A stretch of 45,216 nucleotides of DNA, the filler included, from Catajapyx aquilonaris (lineage: Eukaryota), in assembly GCA_000934665.2 (NCBI GenBank). It is 2 parts of 2 records of this genome, joined end to end, with 100 filler letters (N's around TTAATTAATTAA, not from the genome) between each part and the next. Parts side by side here need not be neighbours in the genome. Positions count along the whole stretch, not along the records: positions 22,657 to 45,216 come from JYFJ02005849.1; 1 more part is not named here. One strand, 5' to 3'. Below, one piece after another: positions 35,790-45,216 of this stretch (positions are counted from its first letter, which is position 1; every line of letters begins with the position of its first letter). Below the pieces are notes generated by a model. That model saw only the letters and a program-made list of their open reading frames with translations. It did no database searches and had not been told where the DNA came from. A program made the translations under genes and the position numbers.

Positions 35790-35816
35790 CATTATTATTC
35801 TCATGCTGTTGCTTAC

Positions 35817-36044
35817 CTGGACATTGTGGGCATTCTGTGAATGAGCATTGTAGTTTGAGTGTGGATGTGGGGAGGTGTTTGGGTTATGGGAAGAGTCATA
35901 GCCATAGTCCGACCGTAGGAGGTTCTCACTCTGCATCTTGCCCTTCAGGCAGGTGATGTATCGGTTGCAAAAGTCCTTGCATAGCTCCTGCACCTTCTCC
36001 AGTTCCAGCAAGTGAATCCTCAAGACCTGGATTGCTTTGATCAT
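35817..36044 (-). CDS. PKNOX: PREP/PKNOX coding exon 3 (MEIS-B domain)
   Basis: ctttcag|[46 protein letters not shown]...[26 protein letters not shown] and KM.SE.LL are PREP-type rather than MEIS/hth-type (LRFHLLE..HELCDNFC, KMPIDLV). 228 nt. Confidence 0.97.
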
Positions 36045-36458
36045 CTGAAAGGCCAAGTGTCCATCATCAATACCAATCACAGCCAACTGAAGGAAAGCAG
36101 TATAGGATAGAAAAGGTTCTTTATCAAAGGAATACAACTGATCAAGGGGGTACTCACTCACAAACTAAATATACATTAATACATACACCTTCATACTCTC
36201 TTTTATGTCCAGACTGACATCATCTTTGTTGCAATAATTATTTTTGTGACTTGCTTAGTAAATGAAAGTGATCCTGTCGACCATAGAAGGGCATGTCTCC
36301 GAAATATCGAGGAATAATCTACATCAGACTCCAATAAGAATTCATCTATTACCCAAGGACCAAACGGTTCCCAGTGCGACACCACAGCTGTCAGAAATAA
36401 ATTACAACACTAGTTCCCCGCCCGACCAGCTCGGGTAACAGCCAGAGAACAGATCAGA

Positions 36459-36602
36459 GGTGCGTTCACAAGCTCGCGAAAACCATGCGAGAACCAGTAT
36501 TTTCGAGCGAATCCGGGACATTTTATTGTGGGCGAGAAGTCGACGGACGAAAGGGGTGCGAGAATTGGCTTCTCGCTCTCGCTACGACAGATTCTCGCGA
36601 GT
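36459..36602. mobile_element. Decayed small MITE, copy A (same family as 41496-41630)
   Basis: GGTGCGTTCACAAGCTCGCGA ... TCGCTACGACAGATTCTCGCGAG. Confidence 0.5.
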
Positions 36603-37710
36603 ACCAGGATGTGGGCTGCAGGGGGCGCCGAATAATAAAAGCGCGGCAATGCCTTGGAGAGTGAATAAGTCACCTGCAGGGTTTATTCAGGCTTACTTCC
36701 CAAGCGTATTGAGACACCTGTCCCACTGCTGGACCATGCACTCGGGAGGGGTCGGATAATCGAGGGAATCTCGTACGATTTTGTCCCCGACGTCAAGTCA
36801 GCACAGGCCACGCTCTCCTCTTTCTCTCCCTCCCTCCCTTCTCCCTCCCCGTCCATCCCGTCCGTCCCCTTGCTGTATCCTGCCCTCACGATAGTTAAGC
36901 CCGAAATGGTCGAGTGGAGGTTCCTGTTGGAATTTCTACTGGCTCTATTGTTGCTCTGATGTCAACCGCTGGTCCTTTGGATAGATGAGACCATACCGAA
37001 GCTGTATAGAATTATTGTTCCTCTATTTATTTGCAACTATGTCTGGGTATGGCTGACTGGGTCGCTTTCATTGGCTCAATTTTGTACTAATTCTAGGACT
37101 TTTGGCTGTCTCTATTCTTCCTGATTGCATGTTACAAAATCTTAGCAATCTTTAATGCAAGAACTTGTTAAAATAAGGAAAAATCCTCAATACAAGCACA
37201 AATAACACGATCTTATATGCGTGCATCAGACATGTTAGAATACAGGGTGTTTCAGGAAGACACCGACAAACTTTTATGGTGACCTCGTGAGAGGCATAGA
37301 ATCACGTCTGTGTAGGGGGTCATTTCGTATCCGCAGACCAGTTACAGAGAGAACGAGCTTTTCACCAGGTACGAGGATTATAGCGTAAGCTATCCTGGGA
37401 GGTTTGTATCCGAATTTACATGGGGCGCATCCAAACTTCACTGTCATTTGAGGCCGGCTTGTTCAAGTGTGGGATCCGCCGCGTAGATGAAAACTGCATG
37501 CTGTAACAATTGTACACCAAATGTAATTGATATCACAGTAATTATCCATTACAAAAATGTTGGCGATTACATCATCGGGTATGTATGCAAGCTCTACAAC
37601 GAAAGACCATGGGCTGCGCATACCATGTACTGTACCTGCTAAAAGATTTCAGAATCACCTGTACAACGGATACATGGTATATAGCAGGTACTGCCAAATT
37701 CGATATTTTG

Positions 37711-38402
37711 GCGTACTCCGAAGATACGGACAAGATATTTTACAAATAATAACAGCTATACTTGCCCGTTCAGGGAAAACACTATGAATGTGTGTGGAAC
37801 AATTTTACTTGTCTAGAAGTCCCTAAATTAATTTCGAAAAAAATGCTATAAAAACTCTAAATTGGAGTACTGCCGACCAACTGTTCGGCTGATTTAATTA
37901 TGAAATGCGCTAAAATATACGGAACAAACTTTAGAATCGTGCCAGACGAATTTGCTGAAATCGTCGTACTTTGCGAGAAATAATTTAATACTTATTTGCG
38001 GCTTTTTGACACTTCGCGAGAATTAGTAAATAAATTTGGGAGTTTTCCGAAGTGCCAGAAAGCCGCAAATTATTAATTTATTTCTCGCAAAGTACGACGA
38101 TTTCAGAAAATTCGTCTGACATGGTTCACAAGGTTGTTATTCCGCATATTTTCACGCATTTCATAATTGAATCAGCCTAACTGTTGGTCGGTAGTACTCC
38201 AATTTCTAGTTTTATAGCCTTTTTTTTGAAATGAATTTAGGGACTTCTAGAGGAGTAAAATTGTTCCAGGCACATTCATAGTTTTCCCTGAATGGGTAAG
38301 TATAGCTGTTATTATTTGCAAAATATCTTGTCCATATCTTAGGAGTACACGTAAGGCAAAATCTGCGTGGTTCGGGCCTATCTGGCATCGCGAAGGGGTT
38401 AA
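37711..38402. mobile_element. Large fold-back element (~310-bp arms) with one intact piggyBac-like end
   Basis: 37711-~38020 is the inverse of ~38045-38350 (e.g. CTGAAATCGTCGTACTTTGCGAGAAATAA / TTATTTCTCGCAAAGTACGACGATTTCAG). Right terminus CGAAGGGG-TTAA. Left terminus not found. Confidence 0.85.
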
Positions 38403-38629
38403 TGGAGATTTTTTTATCACATTTTGTTTAGTACCCCTATACCAGACTCCACTTTTGGTGGTGGGCGAACTACACTAGAGTAGGCCAAGTACTTGCTGGA
38501 CTTGGTGGGACCGATTTCAAGACTTAATACCAGTACTCTACGTCATTAATTCATTATTATCAATCCAAGTAAAATGCCTTTGGGAAGGAGCTAGGCTGCG
38601 GATAACAAATGACCCCCCCCCCCACCTCA

Positions 38630-39249
38630 CGCGCACACACAGACCTGTGGTCCAATACCTATGGGGCTTGGGAAACACACCTTTTTCGACGCGAGTGTAA
38701 ATTAACCTACCCTACCCTAGGCTGAGAGAAATGGACTTTCGTAAAACCGTGCTAAACGTAACTGTGGGGACCGGTTCCCACTGTAATAGAGCCAAATACC
38801 GTGTATCGCTGTGGGGACCGCAAAAATGTCCCCAGAGTCAGGTCCTATCCCAGCAGTAACGGTAAAAACACCGATTTTGGTCCTCAGAGCTAATGCACCA
38901 CAGGAACACACTCACACACCCACAAGTCCCTGCGGCCTATTAGGTGTGGGGACGTGAAAAAGACAAGTTTTCAAAGCTAGTGTAAACTAAACTAACCTAA
39001 CCGGCCCTACGTAACCTAGGCTGAGAAAAATGGACTTTTCTAAAACCCTGAAACTGGAAATAGTGGGTAGGCTACTTGTCCCCACCACTGCAAAAGCAAA
39101 CCCGCAATTTTCTTGCGGGGACCGTAAACCTCCCCGCAAGTGGGGAAAATGTCCCCACAGATGAGTGAAAGTCCCCACAGTTACAGTAAAAACAACTACT
39201 TCCGGTCCCACAGCTTATTGAAGAAAGGTACACCCACACGCACACTCAT
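38630..39249. repeat. Tandem dimer of a (CA)n-anchored element rich in GTGGGGAC/GTCCCCAC
   Basis: Two diverged copies share AGTGTAAA...CCTAGGCTGAGA.AAATGGACTTT..TAAAACC.TG and CAGT.AC.GTAAAAACA...GGTCC.CA. They are bounded and separated by CA-rich tracts at ~38634, ~38906 and ~39230. Confidence 0.75.
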
Positions 39250-39398
39250 AAAATGATCCTCTGGCTCGCACAGAGGCACCCTCGCCGGGTATCTTTCTGA
39301 AACCCCCTGCATAAAATAAAGAACTCAAACCCAAGCTCATGGGTACATACAGTGAACAGATTAAAATACTGTACATAATATCATGGCATAGGCTCTGC

Positions 39399-39525
39399 TA
39401 TAGATCGGTCACTATATGAACGCAACCGAGTGTCCAATTTTATTACAGGAAGGCATACAGTTTGTAATAAAATTCCTGTAATAAAATCGGCCACTCGGTT
39501 GCGTTCGTATAGTGACCGATCTATA
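39399..39525. mobile_element. Small palindromic MITE
   Basis: TATAGATCGGTCACTATATGAACGCAACCGAGTG.CC.ATTTTATTACAGGAA is inversely matched by TTCCTGTAATAAAATCGGCCACTCGGTTGCGTTCGTATAGTGACCGATCTATA. Confidence 0.88.
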
Positions 39526-41194
39526 CTTAGCTTTATTTATAGCCTTTACTGTCTATGATTATGAAAGAAACAAGCCAATTGAACAATGTAAACCGGATAC
39601 TGTCACATTTTTCTCATGTTATGGCCAGTTGTATGAACGCATATTAATGAATCTCCGATTGTATTATTATGTACAATACAAAAATAAGAAATTCTCTCTT
39701 AATTGGTGTTCACATAACCCAGTCTTAAGTTGTAAAACAGGCTTGTATACATTTTTGCTCCTGCACGTTGACCTACTTATGATGAAGTGTGTAATGATAA
39801 TGATAACAAGGAAAAACAGATATCATCTAACTTACCGTAATAAGTCAGTTTTGACATATTGCAAGCCTCGGAAACACCTGAACTGTTATAAAATTATTCC
39901 CTGCAAAAAATGGCCCGTGCATAACCAATATAACATGCTGGATACCATACTTGGCTAATGCACCTGGCCTATACACCTGGACAGACCCTCAACTTTGTTG
40001 CCATCTGCCGAGGCGGTTACAGTTTTCTCAACCAGAAGTCCTAGTATTCAGTACTGATTCCTGCATTATGCACAATGGCTTACAAAATAAACTCCATCTT
40101 TCACCCCATTACAGGCAAACTGACCCATTTTTAAAAATCTTGGGTCTTACGCATCATTGTTCGAAACAAAGCACGAGTCAAGTCAAAGGCTTTCAATTTA
40201 ACACATAAAATCACCATAGCGCCGCACATCATCGTATGGTTGCATGACACGTACTGTACCTAGTAACCTACCCCCCAAAAAATGTGTCCATTTGTAATCA
40301 GCAGTTTCTGGCGGATCGGCTTTGGTGGTCTGGGAGTCAGAGGAGTGTGAACCATTTGGTGACTTGAGGGCAAACCCCCTACAATTTTTTTTGGAGTGTT
40401 CCTAATAGCCTGCTGGCATGACACGCGCCCGGGATTGATCCGTCCTCGAACACCTATACATTTCCGCGAGCATTAAAAGTAGTGCAATTTGCCGCCAGAA
40501 GAAGAGGGCCATCCAAACCGACCGCAGCACAACAGTCTTCATCAGAAGCCATAATTAATGGGCCGTGCAAAACTATTGCCGGGGACTCCCGTTGGCCGGA
40601 CCCACCATGCACATTGTCCACGTACTTCTGCCCTCCGCAAAACAGCATGATGACTACTAAACGTCATTCATGCCCGTTATGCTGCCAATAATTTACATGC
40701 CACCCCCCAAAAAATTAAGAGTGTCATAAACTGTTGCACATATGGACATAACTCCCGACCAGGTGGCTATAAACGTCACCAAGTGCAGTTCCATGTGTGA
40801 ACAGGTGTGAATCCCGTACATCAGAGTTGACAATAAAACAGCCGGCTTTTCCGAGCTGCGTGAGGCCAGCTCCCCCAGACCTCAAATTCCATTATTTACC
40901 AAGTTGCACTTGTCCCAGGGAAGGGCGGATGGGGGCTTTTTGGTCGCGACACATGTCCGTCGCTGGGATCAACAGGCACTGTTAGTAAAACTTGGACAAT
41001 GCGGCCACATTATTCATACATGAGCTTGGTGTTAAGCTGCTTGGGATCGCTGCGGGTAATTAGCAGAAGCACAAGCTGGGGGAAGCGTTCAAGAGGGAAG
41101 AGGGCCTGCGCAGGACTTATGCATACGGGGGAAGCCCGTTGCTATATATTGCCACTATTCTACTATATGTGATGGGAGATTGGGATTGACTTAC

Positions 41195-41366
41195 TAGGCC
41201 GTCCACCTCGGGGTCGTTGACCAAAAAGGGCTTGCGGTCCCTCTCCTGGTGCTGGACAAACGCCTGGATGTCCATGTTGAAGCTGTCCGAGTTGGGCGCC
41301 TCGGCTGACTGGGTGGCCAGCTCGCACTTTTCGAACAGGAGGGCCAGAAGAGGGAACAACGGGTGT
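41195..41366 (-). CDS. PKNOX: PREP/PKNOX coding exon 2 (MEIS-A domain)
   Basis: ttggcag|A CAC CCG TTG gives (K)HPLFPLLALLFEKCELATQSAE...NDPEVDGL|GTAAGT, the hallmark HPLFPLLALLFEKCE MEINOX motif. 172 nt, phases match the neighbouring exons. Confidence 0.97.
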
Positions 41367-41495
41367 CTGCCAAAGAATGGGTCGTGGAGATCAGCAAAGA
41401 ACCCAGGAGTGAAACTCGATTAAATCTTGCTCGGGAGCATTGTCTTCGCCCACCCAGTCAAAAACATGGACGCGAGAAATGACTACACTACTGAC

Positions 41496-41630
41496 GGTGT
41501 GTTCCCAAGCTCGCGAGAAACTGGAGCCAATTCTCAAGCTCCATTTGTCAGTGGAGTCGTCCGTGGATTCGACGGACCAATGGTATGCTTTCACGATTTC
41601 GCTACAGCCATTTCTCGCGAGCAACGCAAC
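41496..41630. mobile_element. Decayed small MITE, copy B, in the first coding-region intron of PKNOX
   Basis: GGTGTGTTCCCAAGCTCGCGAGAAA ... TCGCTACAGCCATTTCTCGCGAGCAACGCAAC, with internal inverted pair GCTCGCGAGAAA/TTTCTCGCGAGC. Confidence 0.55.
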
Positions 41631-41767
41631 GGCTCTGTGGACTCCCAACTTGCTAAGTTGCTAGTCATGTATCCATTTCGCGCTATTCGAATATTTTCTC
41701 AAAAAACAACACTCCCTACAGCAGGATGGCCAAAGGCGACATCCGGTATTTCTAGCATGGGACTCAC

Positions 41768-41952
41768 TTATAAACAGCTCTTTTATCAGCCTCGAATTGC
41801 GCCTGGTCCTGGTTATACTCCTGCGGGACAACCTGCTGGCCAGTGGTCATGGCCACTGCAGCCTCTGACTGGTGCTGTTGCTGACTGGATTGGATCTGGG
41901 ACTGCTCGTAGCCTGGGGTTACCATGGCTAACTCCCCGCGGTCCTCTTGCAT
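41768..41952 (-). CDS. PKNOX: PREP/PKNOX TALE homeobox gene, coding exon 1 (ATG to start of MEINOX/MEIS-A)
   Basis: MQEDRGELAMV...QAQFEADKRAVY(K). Donor AA|GTGAGT at 41767 (phase 2). Acceptor ttttcag lies at 42010-42011, and an in-frame TGA upstream within the exon supports ATG 41952 as the start. Confidence 0.9.
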
Positions 41953-42009
41953 AGTACGAAGACGACAGCCTTTACCACCTCATGCTCTCAGCCGCTGTGC
42001 AAACCACCT
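41953..42009 (-). other. PKNOX: 5'UTR portion of the first coding exon of PKNOX, containing a short uORF
   Basis: Strong polypyrimidine acceptor ttgttttttgtctcttttcag at 42010-42030. uORF ATG AGG TGG TAA at 41983-41972. Confidence 0.7.
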
Positions 42010-45000
42010 CTGAAAAGAGACAAAAAACAACGTGTGACCACATCGCTCATCAATAGTTTAAACTTAACCCGTAATGTGCAACTGGCACTCCTGCACGTCT
42101 CAGGTAGGCGCCCAGAGGCTAGGAATTCCTCCCAAATGGCGGTCCCACATCCTTCTTCCCTATACTTATTACCGATAACTGCGTCGCTTGCAGCAGGCTG
42201 GGGGGACTCTTGCCCCCGTTCCCTGGGTCGGCTACATCGGAAACTTTTGGCCCCGAGTGTGTAACCGCCCCTAGTGCAAAGTGGTAGCTGTTGCTGTATC
42301 TACAATCGGCGCCACAGGATGGCTTTTTCCACCTGGCCCACCCATGACTAATTGCACGTTGCGCACTCGTCATCTGCATAGTAATAATCCTTGCCCACTG
42401 TGACGTCAAGGCCCAACAGGTAGCATGGCTTGCCACAGGCTAACTGGCTACCACCGATCCAATCGGACATCATTGCATGCTCCAAACATTTCCCAGAACT
42501 CAGAAGCTGATCAAGTTCATCAGAAATTATTACTGATTGTCCGACTATACTGTACAGGTACTAAATAAAACCGCCGAAGGCGATAAAAAAAATAAGGCGG
42601 CTGTCAACTACGCAATTGCAAGTTCAAGGTCAACTGTAGGCAAATCGGCGCAACTTTGGAAAATCGGGATGTGGTAAGTGACGGCAGTCTCTCTCGGCTG
42701 CCCAAGCGGAACAATCCATAGGCGCAGTATAGGCATGGGGAGGGCGGGAGAGGGCCGGGGGGAGGGGTAAAAAAAATCGGGGGGTCCATAATCACGCGCG
42801 CTTTTGTATCCGCAAAAGGAACCAGTCCCCGGATTATTATAGTGACTAGGCCAACCGTCACGCTCGCCAGCACTCGCCAGTAACCCCAAAAAAATGGACA
42901 TAGAGAGAGGAACTCACCCAAATGACTGTGCTTAGAAGGAAGCGCGGACAAAAGCCGCTTGTCAACGACTTAACAACCACGTCAATCATATTTTTCATGA
43001 AAAAAAAATCACAGCCAGAGGAAAAGGTTACCCACTACTATTCAAGTGGCGCCAGTTCGTCTACGACTAATTAAACCGTGTCATTGTCGTCGTCCAAGTG
43101 TTCGCTCGAATGGTCGTCCGGGACTTAGTACGATTTTACAACCTCCCCAGCACCCGACACCATAATCCACGCCATTCAAAGCCGCCGGGATTATTGACTC
43201 TGGCACCCACGCCCCTCATCGACCACCAATCAACTCAGGCCATGTGCCAATATTTCGCCGGCTCCAAACAACCNGGGGAAGAAACTGGGGGACCACCGAC
43301 TGAGTCTTTTGGGCGACATTTTTAAGTCGCAGGTCCACTAAAAATAATCGGAAAGCGCAAGACTGGGATTCTCCGACTCTTAATGGCGAAAGGGGCAGAA
43401 TCCGCTGACACCGGACTGCTGGGGAGGACGGACACACACACAAAAAACGCCCACACGTCCGGAGGCAATAGCTGCAAAAGAGGACACGAAACTGGCACGC
43501 TAATAGGCTTATCAAGCCAGAATCTCCGGTGACGTTGCAAGAAGCTTTCATTGGCGAATAAATTTGTCTCTGGTTTTACAAGCCCCCATCCCAAGTCCGG
43601 CTCCGATCCATGACTACTCCTCCCTGAGTGTTAATCTCTCTCTGCGGTCATCAAACCCATTTTGCAGATTGGCCCCAGACCATTGAATGCAAGAAATCAC
43701 CGGGTTCCGCAACACTTCATTCCATTTGCCTGCATTCCTTTTAAGATCTGACTCTTTCCCAACATGAGCCCACCCCACAGGAAGAAAAGTCAATCATTCT
43801 TTTCTTTGATCACTCCCCCCCCCCCNCCCCCTCCCCCCTCTATCGCTTGATACTGCGAATGCACTGCTGGGGCCTTACATTGAATGGGACAAAAGCACCC
43901 CCTCCTCTCCCTGCCCAACTCCTTTTTTTTTGCCAGCCTTTAATACGTGATCAATAGGCTAAATTGCCTTCCCGGCGTCACCTTGTTTTCCGCGAATGAC
44001 ATCGGAACGGGCTTTTCCTTCCCCTTGATCGATAAACCCAATGCTATTGGAAGCCCCTCCTAGTTGGGAAGTCGAAACCAACCAATTCCCCCTCCTTCTC
44101 CACCCCTACTCTACTCAACCGATACGGATACGGAACAAGATATGAAAAGCATGCTGGGGGTTCACTTGCAACATCGTGTCCTACATGGAATCACATAATG
44201 TGATCATCAACATTGGGTGAGTGTAACCGGGGGAAAAAATGTTACGTTTTGAACTGATGAAAAATCCATCCCACTGAGCGTTTTTCAATATAAAATACGA
44301 CGTCGTGTAGAAAGTCATTTACGTTTTTTTGTTGTTTTTTTTTAACGGGACGAATTTCGAGTACCATATCCACATATCATGACGCACCTGCCAACAGTTG
44401 ACACCTGAATGATCATATTGCCTAACCCAATAAAGCTCATCCCCATGAAAAGGCGTTTAAGACGTCAGCTGTAAGTCAGAAGTACTAATTAGAACCCAGA
44501 AAGCGGCCCTTAAAATATACATAAAAAAAGGTACGGGGGCCCAGGCGCGGAAAAGACAAATGAGTGCGCGGTGTAAGTGAAGGCGGCTCTCAGGTAGAGC
44601 AAGCAAATTAATCTTGATGACCGACTGGGAAAAAGGGGACCAGGTGAGGGGTGTGGCTGACAGGTGTGCTTTTCAAGCCCCACAGGCGCAACCGTTTTAA
44701 ATTTATATGCTCTTTTTTTATTGCTTCCCATCACGTCTGAATTAATTAATATCAGACATGTTTGCACTCTCACAGTGTGGTAAAATATCGGGAGTCATAA
44801 CTCGACCAGAATTGCATTTTACGGCCGGCAGTCGTTTTGATATATACGCCTGCCAATATAAGGCTACGCCCCTCCCTTAGGTGCCGGTACGATACCTGAA
44901 ACCATGTCCCCCTGGTGGTTCCTCAGGTTCTGTAGGGAGTCTGCGCGAGTCTGAGACACACGTATATACTCTCATCCCTTCAGCACGTCTGCTGAAATTA

Positions 45001-45216
45001 ACATCAGGCATGTTTGCGCCTCTCAGTGGGTGACAAAATATCGCCCTCAAAATTTCGCCAAATTCCGTTCCCCGGAGCCCCTTACTTGTTCTTCTGGCTG
45101 GGTTGTTGCCACCCGAGCGCATTGATTGTCTTGTAAAAGTTTAGCGAGACAATGGCAGTGGTGTAGGGGCCGCAAGGACTTTGTTACCTCTTTTCCCCTT
45201 GTATTTTAGTCTGGGT

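Larger units (their letters stand above)
37241..39311. mobile_element. Tc1-like non-autonomous element hosting nested insertions
   Basis: Left TA-CAGGGTGTTTCAGGAAGACACC vs right end reverse-complement CAGGGGGTTTCAGAAAGATACC. Weaker similarity continues for about 40 bp inward. Confidence 0.6.

Noticed and set aside
30149..41952. Assignment as homothorax/MEIS
   Set aside because: Diagnostic residues (KRGVLPKHAT, MRSWLFQH, LRIHLL, LCKDFC, ILQPM, QRFWP) are PREP/PKNOX-type.
41427..41954. 175-aa plus-strand ORF (likewise 31658-32113 and 31295-31561)
   Set aside because: Antisense shadows of PKNOX exons.
14173..43826. Isolated single N bases (14173, 19252, 33219, 43274, 43826)
   Set aside because: They sit in or beside G/C homopolymer runs and are sequencing ambiguity, not biology.
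1..45216. Conserved miRNA genes, rRNA, LINE/LTR coding remnants
   Set aside because: None recognised by eye. The hairpins seen are explained by MITEs. An Rfam/miRBase/Dfam search would be needed to exclude them.

Overview
Animal genomic DNA, arthropod-like judging from the PREP sequence and the repeat types (inference). The window is probably two separate contigs joined by an artificial 100-bp spacer (44 N + TTAATTAATTAA + 44 N at 22557-22656). The left part (1-22556) has no recognisable protein-coding gene. It carries a tRNA-derived SINE, a DINE-1/HINE-like element, a small Helitron, several palindromic MITEs, minisatellites, one orphan 54-nt exon candidate and enhancer/insulator-like motif clusters. 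The right part (22657-45216) contains a complete TALE-class homeobox gene of the PREP/PKNOX family on the minus strand. I assembled 7 coding exons by hand (41952-41768, 41366-41195, 36044-35817, 32313-31965, 31904-31780, 31522-31246, 30261-30149): all GT-AG, phases consistent, 1449 nt, 482 aa, with MEINOX (MEIS A/B) domain and TALE homeodomain. Its introns, putative 3'UTR and flanks hold many non-autonomous DNA transposons (mariner fold-back, Tc1-like nest, pogo-like, piggyBac-like, Kolobok-like, PIF/Harbinger-like). I found no convincing novel multi-gene system. The best leads are a possible homeodomain-less PREP isoform via a weak-donor 60-nt intron, a four-segment mariner fold-back, a tail-swapped SINE family and a tandem CTCF-like motif array.
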